64,000 nt of DNA from Eledone cirrhosa (GCA_964016885.1 OZ024766.1:12524001-12588000); one strand, 5' to 3'. Shown: positions 13,331-26,074, counted from the stretch's first letter. Notes: generated by a model from the sequence alone, not told the origin. Program-made: numbers and translations.

Positions 13331-13904
13331 TAATCTGTAAACAGTTAACTGTTTCTTCTCACAAACGAAAACAGATCTCTTACCCTATTGCTCAACTTTG
13401 TAGAAATAGCCACCAAACTGCTCTACATTACTAGGTCAATGGAAGGAGATACAAACACCACACATATATAGTCATACTTCCTTTTATTTTCCTATCAACC
13501 TCACCTCCCTCAATTAGTTTCGAACTTGTTACCTTGGTAATTCTAACCCACTCTCATCGTATGGCTTAAACACACATACCCACTTTTCATTTTCATATTC
13601 CACAATCCTTCAAGCAAACTACCACACCACATATATATGTCCGGTGTGCTCCTGGTTTTGAATTCATATTCTAAAGACTTAGCCATGCAGGATTTTTTAT
13701 ACTTTCATATAATAGACATCACACCGCCTGGTCTGACATCCTCCATTCTCCCTTCTCACATGTTCTACCCCTCATTGTCATTATTATTTGTCTGCACATT
13801 GTACTAAAGTCTATACTACTCTCTTCTGTTTTACTATTTCACTACTATCTATATTTTTTTGGAGCTGCCTGGAATAGAGACGGGGGGGGGGGGGGAATAT
13901 AGGG

Positions 13905-14110
13905 AGGTGGTGGTGGTAGTGGTGGTGGTGTGGTGGTGGTGGTGGTAGTGGTGGTGGTGTAGTAGTGGTGGTGTGGTGGTAGTAGTGGTGGTGGTGGTGG
14001 TAGTGGTGTGGTGGTAGTAGTGGTGTGGTGGTAGTGGTAGTAGTGGTGGTGCTGGTAGTGGTAGTAGTGGTGGTGGTGGTAGTGGTGGTGGTGCTAGTAG
14101 TGGTGGTAGC
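13905..14110. repeat. (GGT/AGT)n trinucleotide repeat
   Basis: direct inspection. Confidence 0.95.
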
Positions 14111-14366
14111 TAGGCTAGACCATCACACACAGTTCTCTCCCTTCTTTGTTAGTTGACACACGAGGCCTTTTCTTCTATATTTGTGTAATTTACCTAAAGG
14201 TATAACATGTCTCTACCTGTTTTGTTACATCCTAATGTGCTGTGGAATGCAGGGTATAAACCTTAATGAACTGAAACCTTAGTGATTTCCAGAGGTTAGC
14301 TGATGGGATGGGACTGTCTTTCTTTGTTTTTTTCCATTGTCTTTGCCAGGTGCATCCCTTATTTTG

Positions 14367-14413
<47 letters not shown>

Positions 14414-14966
14414 AAGGATTTGTTTTGTTTTGAAAATACAACAGAATTAAGGTTGGTTAGTTAGCGAGAAGGTAAGGTTATAAATAAGATCCCCGTATTT
14501 TGGGCATAATTTAACAAGCATAAATGTGGTTGGTGTTAGGAAGGGCATCCAGCTGTAGAAAACCCGCCAGACAGTCCTATGCGAGCAAGACAATCACTCT
14601 TGCCTCAAGTGGGAAAACTCCCGTCCAAACCCATGCAAGCGTGGAACACGGACGTTAAACGATGATGATGATGATGATGATATGTATGTGTGTGTAAAAT
14701 TTAAAAAAAAAACATGGGTGAGAACACAGAGGAGACAAACACATGAACAAATCCCACTCATCAGCTGTCTTCTGTGGATCACTATAGTTTTTAATGCATT
14801 AAATCTTGTATTAAAAATACAACAATATTAAATTATCTCACCATTCTAAGATATAGTTATAGTGTTTGATGGTCGTAATTACAGTGCCATATCTTCTTTC
14901 CTATGTAGATATATTTATTGTTAAAAAGACAATAGTTTCATACAATAATTTTTGACACTGATACTG

Positions 14967-15998
14967 TTACACTTCTGTATGAACACGTACATGTTTAGAT
15001 AATTTGCTTTTTTGAAAGAATGATTTACCACAGATATTACACTGATGAGGTTTCTCTCCTGTATGACTATATTTGTGACTAGTTAAGCCACTTGACTCAG
15101 AAAATGATTTACCACAGATAACACACTGATGAGGTTTCTCTCCTGTGTGAATATATTTGTGTGTTGTTAAAACACCTAACTGAGAAAATGATTGACCACA
15201 AATATCACACTGATGAGGTTTCTCTCCTGTATGAATATATTTGTGTATTGTTAAATGACCCAACCGAGAGAATGATTTACCACAGATATCACAGTGGTGA
15301 GGTTTCTCTCCTGTATGAATATATTTGTGTGTTGTTAAATGACCCAACTGAGAGAATGATTTACCACAGATATCACAGTGATGAGGTTTCTCTCCTGTAT
15401 GAATATATTTGTGTGTTGTTAAATGACCCAACTGAGAGAATGATTTACCACAAATATTACACTGATGAGGTTTCTCTCCTGTATGAGTATATTTGTGTCT
15501 AGTTAAGTCACTTGACTCAGAAAATGATTTACCACAGATATCACACTGATGTGGTTTCTCTCCTGTATGAATACGTTTATGTTTCGTTACGTCACTTGTA
15601 CAAGAGAATGATTTACCACAGATATCACAGTGATGAGGTTTCTCTCCTGTATGATTATATTTGTGTCTACTTAAGTCACCTAACTGTGAAAATGATTTAC
15701 CACAGATATCACAGTGATAAGGTTTCTCTCCTGTATGAATACGTTTGTGTCTAGTTACGTCACTTGTACGAGAGAATGATTTACCACAGATATCACAGTG
15801 ATAAGGTTTCTCTCCTGTATGAATACGTTTGTGTTTGGTTACGTCACTTGTGTAAGAGAATGATTTACCGCAGATATCACAGGGATAAGGCTTCTCTCCT
15901 GTATGACTACGTCTGTGTCTAGTTAAATGACTTGTACAAGGAAATGATTTACCACAGATATCACAGCAGTATGATGATTTTCCTTCCTCTTCTGACAT
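14967..15998 (-). CDS. C2H2 zinc-finger array protein, 12 fingers (ZNF paralog 2)
   Basis: Intact 343-aa ORF of TGEKP-linked C2H2 fingers. UTRs are nearly collinear with paralog 1. Confidence 0.95.
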   Translation of the reverse strand: MSEEEGKSSYCCDICGKSFPCTSHLTRHRRSHTGEKPYPCDICGKSFSYTSDVTKHKRIHTGEKPYHCDICGKSFSRTSDVTRHKRIHTGEKPYHCDICGKSFSQLGDLSRHKYNHTGEKPHHCDICGKSFSCTSDVTKHKRIHTGEKPHQCDICGKSFSESSDLTRHKYTHTGEKPHQCNICGKSFSQLGHLTTHKYIHTGEKPHHCDICGKSFSQLGHLTTHKYIHTGEKPHHCDICGKSFSRLGHLTIHKYIHTGEKPHQCDICGQSFSQLGVLTTHKYIHTGEKPHQCVICGKSFSESSGLTSHKYSHTGEKPHQCNICGKSFFQKSKLSKHVRVHTEV

Positions 15999-16417
15999 CT
16001 CTTCATGAAAAAATATCTATCTTTTAAGTGTCTTCCCAGAACTTTTTCTCTCAACACAATATATTGATATTGTTTCTTGGTTTTGTTTTTACAGTTTATT
16101 CCCAACAAATATTTCCTCCGTTACATCTCCATAAGCTCTGCTCTTTGTTGACATCTGAAAATGATGCAAATTCCTTTGTAAATTTTAGCAACTTTAATAA
16201 GAATGCAGAATCTTCTTGAACATTTTCCAGATAATGGAAAAGAGAAATCTTTCTATGAACCTCAGTTTAGAAGAAATATTTCACTGTAATTCACCAAATG
16301 TTGATATAAAAAGACTTGTATAAATACTCTGTAAAATCTTGTGTTAATCTTTTAAACAATGATATTGATGTTGTATCTGAAGTTAAAATTTCTCTTCTTT
16401 CAATGTCATGTGATATT

Positions 16418-19400
16418 CTGAAATAACAGAAACAAAATAAGATATAGAGTAGAGGATATTAAAATGTTGTGATTCAACAATGGAAATTTCACATTCCTTT
16501 AATGATAAATAGTCACCATCATCATCGTTTAACATCCACCTTCCACTATATAATCATCATCATCATCATCATTTTACGTCCGCTTTTCCCTGCTTACAAG
16601 GGTGGGACGGGTCTTATTCAGCACAGCATCTCTCCACTTGTCACGATCCTTCGTCATCTCCACCATGAGCTTCAGCGATCTGAGGTCTGTTCTCACCACC
16701 TCCGTCCATGTTTTTCGTGGTCTACCTCTACCACGTCTTCTTTCAACTGGCATTTCCTGGCACTTCTTCACCCATCGGTCATCCTCCATGTGTATCACAT
16801 GTCCATACCACCTCAGTCTCCTCTCCCACACACTACATTCTATCCCTCTCAGACACAGTTTCTCTCTCAACACATCACATGTCCATACCACCTCAGTCTC
16901 CTCTCTCGCACTCTACAGTCTATCCCTCTCAGACACAGTTTCTCTCTCAACACATCCATGCTGGGTCGTTCACGCACATTGACACTGCACATCCAACGGA
17001 GCATGCTTGCTTCATTTCTCTCCAGCCATCACATGTCTTCTGCAGTTGCTGCCCATGTGTCACTACCATGCAGCATCGCACTCCTCACACAGGCATCATA
17101 TAACCGGCCTTTCATACGCAGGGAGATACCCTTCTTCGTCAGCAGAGGAAGCAGCTCCCTAAACTTCTTCCAATCCGTCATTCTAGATACTATGTCCTCG
17201 GAACACCCACCTCCCATGCTAACCTGATCTCCTATGTACCGGAAGCTATCAACCACTTCTATAGCACCTACCTACATTTGAAAAATGTGTCTATCAATGC
17301 GACATCTATTGTCTAATTTCCCTGTACATCTACTGCATACGTATTTCTCCCTATCTGTTAGTTTGCCTGCTATCCCACTACATCTCGTGTGTACCCAGGA
17401 TCTGCATTATGTGCATTTTATAGAATTTATGCCAGTTCCTTTTTTGCATATCGAACATGGCCATTTCCCTGACGGAATCAGAGTTTTGTCCTCTTTTCTA
17501 CTCATCAACACTTTTGTCTTAGCTAAGTTCACTCTCAGTCCTCTTGCTTCCAACTGCTGTTTCCATAGCCAGAATTTATTCTCTAGCTCCTCTACCGATT
17601 ATGCTATAAGAATCAGATCGTCAGCATAGAGAAGTTCCCATGGACAGCCAGTCTTAAACTCCTCTGTTATGGCTTGGAGGACTATAATGAACAAGAGCGG
17701 GCTGAGGACTGAACCTTGATGTACTCCTACTTGTATCTGGAACTCCTCACTAAATACCCTGACTTTACTGACAGCACCTCTGTACAAAGTTTGCACTGTC
17801 CTCACAAGCCATTCCTCACCACCTAGTTTCCTTAGGGACCACCAGATGACAGATCGGGGTACCCTATCAAAGGCCTTCTCTAGGTCAACAAAGGCTAAGT
17901 ATAGTGGCTTATTCTTCTCTAAGAACCTCTCTTGTAATTGTCTCACCAAGAAGAGGGCATCTGTTGTACTTTTCCCAGGCACAAAACCAAACTGCATCTC
18001 ATCTAGTTTGACCCTTTCTCTAATTTGTTGTGCTAATATCCTTTCTGCCACTTTCATAACCTGATCCATCAGTTTTATACCCCTATAATTGCTCCTCTCC
18101 AGAGCATCTCTTTACCTTTGTAACAATTTATGAGAATACTGCTGCACCAGTCTTTGGGTAGGACACCACCATATATAGCCTGATTGATGATGCGTGCAAC
18201 CAGTTTAGTGCCTACATCCCCTGATACCTTCAGCATCTCAGCAACTATCCCCGACGGTCCAGCAGCCTTACCATTTTTCATTTCCTTAATGGACTCTATA
18301 TTCGTCAATCTCAATAGCTGGTCACTGTCAAATCTACTGAGAGTAAGTTCTCTCTCTCCCATTCGTTCTCCACATTCATCAGTCTCTCATAATGACATTT
18401 CCAGGCCTCCTTTTTCTGATCATTCGTGACATTAAGTACACTGGCATCATTCCGAACACATTTATCTCCAACAACATCCTGATTTGCATTGACACACTGC
18501 CTTGCAATGTGGAACACTGCATGCCTCTGATCTTCCTGTCGCAGAACATTGGCAAACCTCCTACTCTCAGCCTCCCTGCGTGCTAAGTACACCTAACATC
18601 TAGCTTCTCTCTTTGCGGGTGTATATCCTTCTCTACTCCCACCCTTTTTCCAAGCCTTCCATGCTAGTCTTTTGTCTCCAATAATATATATATAATAATA
18701 ATGAAAATTATTGTGTACAGTGCTCATGTGCACTACAACTCATCAAAGGTGCATGTACAGTATATAGAATAATGTACAAATGTCAGTGTATGAGTCATGA
18801 TATAAACACGTGTGTGTGTATGGACAGGGAATATCAGGTGTAGTGATGGCGAATTTTGGGAAGCATGGAACTTTTGAAGGATACATCAGATATTCGGGTA
18901 ATGTCTTCAGGAAAGTCTATGAGTTGATCACAGTAGCTGGTGTTAGGGATAAATCCAAATTACGTGGGTCAGATAAGGTTGTGAGAGTTCCAGAGTGGTT
19001 CTCTCACACAGGACTCCATCATAGCCATGCAGCTAGTAAGATTGACTGGACAATAGTTGACATGTGACATGCGATCACCTTTTTGAACAAAGGAATGACA
19101 CTGGCAGTTTTCCACTGCTCATAAGTAACTCCATTGTTTAGGCAGAATTGAAAGAAGAGTGAAAGCTGGAGCAGATAAAAGTAGCCACCATGTTTGAGAA
19201 GCAGCTACGTAACATCATTACGACCAGGAGAGGCATAGTTGAACTTATTCTTAAGGTGGCATCACAGCATTTCAGGTGTAAATTCCATATTTGTTATAGA
19301 ATTTGATGTTAGAGGTGGTGGAGATGGTACATTTTGAATTTCAATAGTAATAATTGTTTCTACTTTTGGCACAAGGCCAGCAATTACCCCAGTGTATTAC

Positions 19401-21655
19401 TGGTACTTTATTTTAACGACCCCGTAAGGATGAAAGGCAAAGTCAACCTCGGCGGGATTTGAACACAGATTGGAAAGGGCCGTAACTCTATGCGTCAAAG
19501 CATGGCGTCCGACCCTCTACCGATACTGCCAATTCACCGCCCTCAACAGTAAAAATGCCAGCAGAGTATTCAGCAATAAATTCTGCACATTCTTTGGGAT
19601 CATCAGTAGTCCAGCTGATGTGGGGATTGCGAAGACGACTTACTGGAGTGTGAGGTCTCTGCTTTGAATGTACATATTTCCAGAACACTTTGCTGACAGA
19701 GTTTTTCCCAGTATTAAAACCTTATTATGTAGAAACACCAACGAATAAAAACATGTGAAAAAAATTGCCACCAGAGAAACCTTCAAGAATCCCATCTAAT
19801 CCGTTTTCGAAAAAAAATGAGTCATTTTTTACTGATTTTGAGGCCAGATTTGTTGAAAACATGAAGATAAAACTTGGAAAAAACAAAACAAAACAGTTTC
19901 CCAGCGGACAACTGAGGGGTGTTTTCACAGTAAATTTACCTTAAATTGTTTTAGGCTAAAATTTAGATAGCTTTAATTTACCTGAAACAACAAAGTACAG
20001 CTGAATATAAAATATTTATTATAATAGTTTCTACTTTAGGCACAAGGCCAGCAATCACCCAGTACATTACTGGTACTTTATTTTATCGACCCCGTAAGGA
20101 TGAAAGGCAAAGTTAATCTCGACGGGATTTGAACTCAGACCGTATATGGACGTAACTAGTGTGGAAAGCATGGCGTCCAACCCTCTACCGATACTGCCAG
20201 ACACAAGGTAGTGAACAACATAATTTATTTGACTGAGGTTATTTAAATAATTAAGACAGACATGACAACAAGGTGTAGCAGTATCAGTAGAAGGTCGGAC
20301 GCCATTTTTGACGCATAGAGTTACGCCCCTTTATGATCTGAGTTCAAATCCCACCGAGGTTAACTTTGCCTTTCATTCTTACAGGGTCGATAAAATAAAG
20401 TACCAGTAATGCACTGGAATACTTGGTGGCCTTGTGCCAAATGTAGAAACAATTATTATGGTGGATTGGCAGTATCCGTAGTGACAGACGCCATGCTTTG
20501 AAGCATAGAGTTACGCCCCTTTACGGTCTGAGTTCAAATCCCGCCGAGGGTAATTTTGCCTTTCCTCCTTACGGGATCGATAAAATAAATTAGTAATAAT
20601 ACACTGGGGTTATTGCTGGCCAAAAGTATAAACTATTATTATAGATTCTATAATTGTTTCTACGTTTGGCACAAGGACATCAAATACCCAGTACATTACT
20701 GGTACTTTATTTTATCGACAGCGTAAGGATGAAAGGCAAAGTTAACCTCAGAATGGCAATATCGATTCTATAATAATAGTTTCTAAATTTATTTACATAT
20801 TTAATAACATGGCCCTCCTCCACGACACTGCATAGCTGTTTGGCCGTCTCTCTCCAAAAGGTTACCGACCCCCGTTATAGAAGAACACCCTGCTTTGATA
20901 TCAGTGTGGGAAAACATTTTCCCTGTTTGTTTTTTTCGTGTGCTATCAACTAATCCGACCTCCAAGGTGCTCGCATTTTGTCCAGCAAGATTGAAATGTT
21001 GGGTTGGGATGGGCTCCCCCCCCCCCCCTTCTCGGAGTTTACCCAACCATTTTTCTTTCCGAGTGTTATTAACGAATCTCACCTCCCAACAAGTAGGAAA
21101 TGACTAGATTTATAGAAAAACTAGGGTGAAAGGGAGTAGAAATGACGATCGGAGTTTCACAGATCTACACCCACCTCGAATTTCGTGGGGAAAAAATGAA
21201 CTCTTTTTTTTTCTTCTTGTGCTATCAACTAATCTGACCCCCAAGGTGCTCCCAATTGTCTTTTTCTCCCGGATTAGGGTTTCTGTTCTCCAGATAAAAA
21301 TCGATTGTGAGAATCTTGGAAGTTAGATTAGGTTAAATCTAACTGAAATGGAGGGGTGTGTTGTATAAGTTTACCTAAACTACATATTATACTACAAGGA
21401 AGTAAACCACATGATTAAATAGACGGAGGAAATTTAAATAATTAAGACAGTCATAACAATATCTAGCTATTGTAAAATAAGACAACATTTCAGTCTAGAA
21501 GTATTTTCCTGTATATAAAAGTGACGAGGAAGAAATATGTCCAAAGTTGTTAAATATTTTCACTTGTATATAATTACTGTATCGTTGAAAGGTTCACATA
21601 ATTCTATTATTTACACACATTATTATAGACTTCAAGTAAATCTTTCTCAACTTAC
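16418..21655 (-). other. putative intron of ZNF paralog 2
   Basis: acceptor ...TTATTTCAG|AAT at 16418/16417 and donor GAGG|GTAAGT at 21656/21655, homologous to paralog 1. Confidence 0.6.
16554..18680 (-). mobile_element. RTE-clade LINE, 5'-truncated pseudogene with (GAT)n tail
   Basis: Fragments QFGFVPGKST, FVDLEKAFDRVPR, GVHQGSVLSPLLF, LLYADD and RLRWYGHV...RGRGRPRKTW. Several stops and frameshifts, plus an internal 80-bp duplication near 16795-16955. Confidence 0.9.
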
Positions 21656-22103
21656 CCTCTTCACATGTAATCAATGTGTTGTCTTCTTATATTTTATTAA
21701 ACAACCAAAGAAATAATCTCCTTCTTGTTGTTAAATTAAAATTTCCAAAGATTTTATCATCTTTTCTTTGTCCGCCATTAACGTTGGTGTATCTTCGTAT
21801 GAACTGGGTCAGCTTGTCAAGCAATTAAGAAAAGCAGCGGGGGTGTGCCGAGTATAACTGCGACCTCTTAAACACGAACTGTCATTGGACAGAGGACAGG
21901 AAAACAAAAAAAGCTAGTTGTACTTGTTCTGTGTGACAAGATAAGAATCTGTGGCTAAAGAATAAGAAGATATGTACATACATATATATATATATATATA
22001 TATTTATTAAAATAACAGTGCCCTACGGTTCTTATATATTTGATATATATTTATCCTTATCAAGCCCTCTTTGGATTTTAGTCTTCAAATTTATTATTAT
22101 TAC

Positions 22104-22149
<46 letters not shown>

Positions 22150-22295
22150 TTTTGAGTTTATGTTGGTTGTATACCAATACCTTAGTATGCAGGCTGGAGC
22201 ACTCGACGAAGTGCGCAGGTTGGTTTGGTCACTCCGGAGTAGTGTAAAATAAAGTTAAATAAAAGTCAAATGATTAAAATTTAGCTTCGTTTATT

Positions 22296-22350
22296 ACTGC
22301 TATATATATTTCAGTGACAGCCATCTTTGGCTGTGACCTCTTCAGGCAGT
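22296..22350 (-). ncRNA. minimal type-I hammerhead ribozyme motif, family B (inverted arm)
   Basis: exact reverse complement of 22581-22635. Confidence 0.75.
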
Positions 22351-22580
22351 TTGAATTAGTATGGTATAGACAAGTACATATGTTGTTTAGGTGTATGATA
22401 TTGTCAATACTCTGATATGCCCAGTTCCTTGTTGGGTTGTTAATTCACTGGGGAACTGGAGTCATATAACTCCAGTTCCCCAGTGAATTAACAACCCAAC
22501 AAGGAACTGGGCATATCAGAGTATTGACAATATCATACACCTAAACAACATATGTACTTGTCTATACCATACTAATTCAA

Positions 22581-22635
22581 ACTGCCTGAAGAGGTCACAG
22601 CCAAAGATGGCTGTCACTGAAATATATATAGCAGT
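22581..22635 (+). ncRNA. minimal type-I hammerhead ribozyme motif, family B
   Basis: actgc-CTGAAGA-ggtcacagcc(aaagat)ggctgtcact-GAAA-tatata-TA-gcagt. Stem I actgc/gcagt, stem II paired, palindromic stem III. Confidence 0.8.
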
Positions 22636-22679
22636 AATAAACGAAGCTAAATTTTAATCATTTGACTTTTATTTAACTT

Positions 22680-22746
<67 letters not shown>

Positions 22747-23074
22747 AGAATGAAACGAAATTTCATTTCTCACTCTTAGTACGGCAGTTACTTAAATGTA
22801 AGTATGTATGTATGTATACGTACATACATATATGTATACAGACGTACATACGTACATACATATATGTATACATATAACTGTACGTCTGTATACATATATG
22901 TATGTACATATACATACATACATACTTACATTTAAGTAACTGCCGTATTAAGAGTGAGAAATGAAATTTCGTTTCATTCTATTCTATTTATCGTTTTCGG
23001 TGCGCCCTGCCGACTGAACTCTACTCGATATGCAAATTAGGCTGCTCAGTCGTTAATATGCAGCAGGAAAGTAT

Positions 23075-23117
23075 ACGATGCTGACGATAGCTAATAAGCT
23101 TGAAACTAGTACATCGT
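23075..23117 (+). ncRNA. minimal type-I hammerhead ribozyme motif, family C
   Basis: acgatg-CTGACGA-tagct(aata)agctt-GAAA-ctag-TA-catcgt. Confidence 0.8.
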
Positions 23118-23518
23118 TCCTGTGTCAGTGTTGAACAAAAAGGTGACGTGGTTGCCTAAACACTGTACAGCGTAATTCGGTTGTAATTCATTTATTTACA
23201 AACAAACAAACCGAGCATTATAATAAATGTTCGGTAAACCGATACGTGCATATATATATGTGTGCATGTATGTATATATATACATACTACTGTACGTCTG
23301 TATACATATATGTATGTACGTATACATACATACTTACATTTAAGTAACTGCCGTACTAAGAGTGAGAAATGAAATTTCGTTTCATTCTATTCCATTTATC
23401 GTTTTCGGTACGCACAGCCGAGTAAACTCACTCGATATGCAAATTAGGCTACTCAGCCGTTAATATGCATAAGGAAAGTATATACTTTCAGACGTTCAAC
23501 CATCTGGCAGGAAGGGAT

Positions 23519-23561
23519 ACGATGTTGACGATAGCTAATAAGCTTGAAACTAGTACATCGT
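23519..23561 (+). ncRNA. hammerhead ribozyme motif, family C, second tandem copy (C3U core variant)
   Basis: acgatg-TTGACGA-tagctaataagctt-GAAA-ctag-TA-catcgt, 444 nt after the first copy. Confidence 0.6.
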
Positions 23562-23726
23562 TCCTGTGTCAATGTTGAACAAAAAGGTGACGTGGTTGCC
23601 TAAACACTGTACGGCGTAATTCGGGCTGTTTGAAACCGATACGTGGTGCCTATATATATGTGTGCATGTATGTATATATATACATACTACTGTATACATA
23701 TATGTATGTACGTATACATACATACC

Positions 23727-23797
<71 letters not shown>

Positions 23798-23802
<5 letters not shown>

Positions 23803-23914
23803 AACCAGTAAGACCCCGACAGCTGAGCTCAAGCCGTTTCGACGGCTAATTCATGTCCAGAATTAGCCGTCGAAACGGCTTGAGCTCAGCTGTCGGGGTC
23901 TTACTGGTTCCTAT
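23798..23914. repeat. 55-bp-arm hairpin next to (TA)n containing a hammerhead 3' half
   Basis: right arm: gaattagccgtc-GAAA-cggc(ttgagctca)gct-GTC-ggggtc; loop ATGTCCA. Confidence 0.75.
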
Positions 23915-24010
23915 TACCCACTCTACTACCTCAAGTATTGAGTACTTTGGTGCGTTATGGTCCACCTGGTTCCTTACCACATTTCCTTCGTTATATATAT
24001 ATATATATAT

Positions 24011-24694
24011 GGCATACGTGAAGACGGGCAGTCAAAAAAGTGAAAGTAAATTTATTTTCATTTTCGAACGTGGTGTTTACATTTTGTGTGTGTGTTTAGA
24101 TCTAAATTAGTGTCGTTTTAACTGATTATATATATATGTATATGTGTGTGTGTGTGTAGTTGACGGTTGAGAGAAGAGTACTCAATACCGAAGTAATCTT
24201 GTAATGAGGCTTGCACATGCTGGCGACGAAGCTTCTTCTTTGCACGGCTCCATGTGTTCTTTATGAGCTGTGTGTGCACATCAAGGTCCGCAGGATCTAC
24301 AAAGTTCCGTTCGTGCACCACAACATCATGAACGTAAATCCCACCTTCAATTTCCAAATAGGAAGCCCAACCATCGGAGATGATGCGGCTGCCTGGCAAA
24401 ATCCCTGCTGAATGATGGGGACGAGAGTGGCAGAGCTTCGATTTGGGACTTCTGCAAGGCAGCAGCGTCTAGAATGGCGGACTCACCATTCTGCAAACCT
24501 CATTACAAGATTACTTCGGTATTGAGTACTCTTCTCTCAACCGTCAACTACACACACACACATATACATATATATATAATCAGTTAAAACGACACTAATT
24601 TATATCTAAACACACACAGAAAATGTAAACACGACGTTCGAAAATGAAAATAAATTTACTTTCACTTTTCTGACCGCCACTCTTGACGTATGCC
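24011..24694 (-). mobile_element. non-autonomous Merlin DNA transposon with about 200-bp TIRs and an internal transposase fragment
   Basis: Termini GGCATACG...CGTATGCC with long inverted arms. Internal PGSRIISDGWASY...NFVDP...HTQLIKNTW (ISXO2/IS1595-like DDE). Confidence 0.85.
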
Positions 24695-24757
24695 TATGTA
24701 TTTATATATATATAAAAGTGTTAAACGATCAAAATAGATGGTTAAAAGAGTTCCAAG

Positions 24758-24828
24758 TATTTTATTATGTGCATTTCAAAAACAAATATCATCATGGGAT
24801 GATATCTGCGTTCTCACCAGATAAAATA
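24758..24828 (-). ncRNA. hammerhead ribozyme motif, family D (A6G core change)
   Basis: minus strand: tattttat-CTGGTGA-gaacgcagatatcatc(ccat)gatgatatttgttttt-GAAA-tgcaca-TA-ataaaata. Confidence 0.6.
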
Positions 24829-24897
24829 GGGATACATGATATGAAGCTTAAAAAACACTTGTGAATAGTGAAGTTTTAAATCAACATATATATATAT

Positions 24898-25305
24898 GTA
24901 GAAGTTCTATTTAATTTGTTGGGATACAACAAGCAAATATTTTTATTACTGATATAAACCACTCAACAAATTATTGGAGTAAAAATACGATATATTAACA
25001 AATGGAAACTATATTTTTAAAACCATATTTATTTCATTATGCATATTTCAAGGACACCAAGTCAAATTATGGTGTGCTTTCATCAGATAAAATATAATAT
25101 AGATCAGTTTTATAAATAAATATTGACATACCCTTAAAGAAATGGTCGCATTCTTTAAAGGTATGTCAATATTTATTTATAAAACTGATCTATATTATAT
25201 TTTATCTGATGAAAGCACACCATAATTTGACTTGGTGTCCTTGAAATATGTATAATGAAATAAACATGGTTTTATAAATATAGTTTCCATTTGTTAATAT
25301 ATCGT
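24898..25305. mobile_element. fold-back element (family A) with divergent hammerheads at 25030-25094 (-) and 25198-25262 (+), embedded in (TA)n
   Basis: arms about 24987-25142 and 25151-25305; + strand reads tattttat-CTGATGA-aagcacacca...tggtgtcctt-GAAA-tatgta-TA-atgaaata. Confidence 0.8.
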
Positions 25306-25309
25306 ATAT

Positions 25310-25407
<98 letters not shown>

Positions 25408-25704
25408 CGCAATGTTTAGACAAATCACAGAAGCAATAAACATAAATGAATTACAACCAAAATTAAATAGAAAACATGAGTGGAACAGCAACATCACAAC
25501 TTACAATTAAGGACAAAATGAAAACACATACGCACATAGAACAAACAACCAACCAGTAACATGTAAATAAACAAACGAATATAAACACACACAGATACCC
25601 GGATGTAACACATGCGCAAACTAAGCACACAACACACACACAAAAACAAGATGGCGTAGGACAGAACAAAGGAGAGGCACAAAAAACAAAGAAAAGAATC
25701 CCCA

Positions 25705-25747
25705 GTCACTGAAGAAGTCACAGAATGTGTGACGAAAGAACTTTGAC
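25705..25747 (+). ncRNA. minimal hammerhead ribozyme motif, family E
   Basis: gtca-CTGAAGA-a-gtcaca(gaatg)tgtgac-GAAA-gaac-TT-tgac. Confidence 0.6.
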
Positions 25748-26074
25748 AATATATAAACAACCATCTGGTTGTGGAACCAACCAACCAACCGGAAATTTAT
25801 AAATTCCTAAATTTATAAATTTATTATAATAAATTGAAGTGAAAGCAACTGGTGCATGTGTTTCTTATTGGCAACATGACCCTCCCAAAGTATAACAATA
25901 TCGGTTTCAACACACGTTTTCAGATAAAGAATCTTGCTAAGCAAATTCAGAAAAAATATATATATATATATATAAACATAAATTATCGAGATTCGAATTT
26001 CGGCCCACGAAATAACGAAAAACAACCTCCGAGATGTGTGGCAAGTGCTCAATGATTCAGATGAACCAGAGCCT

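Larger units (their letters stand above)
22245..22687. repeat. near-perfect fold-back palindrome (about 220-bp arms) carrying hammerhead motifs, next to (TA)n
   Basis: centre ...GGGGAACTGGAGT-cataTA-ACTCCAGTTCCCC...; the arms are reverse complements. Confidence 0.9.
22741..23730 (+). mobile_element. tandem hammerhead-containing repeat (about 2.3 units of 410-445 bp) with an inverted 5' arm; retrozyme/PLE-pLTR-like
   Basis: Direct repeats start near 22879 and 23291, with a partial third near 23635. 22741-22848 is the inverse of 22879-22986. Flanked by (TA)n. Confidence 0.7.

Noticed and set aside
23029-23038. octamer ATGCAAAT (also near 23437) as an snRNA-type enhancer
   Set aside because: A single short motif inside a repeat, with no snRNA gene or PSE recognised.
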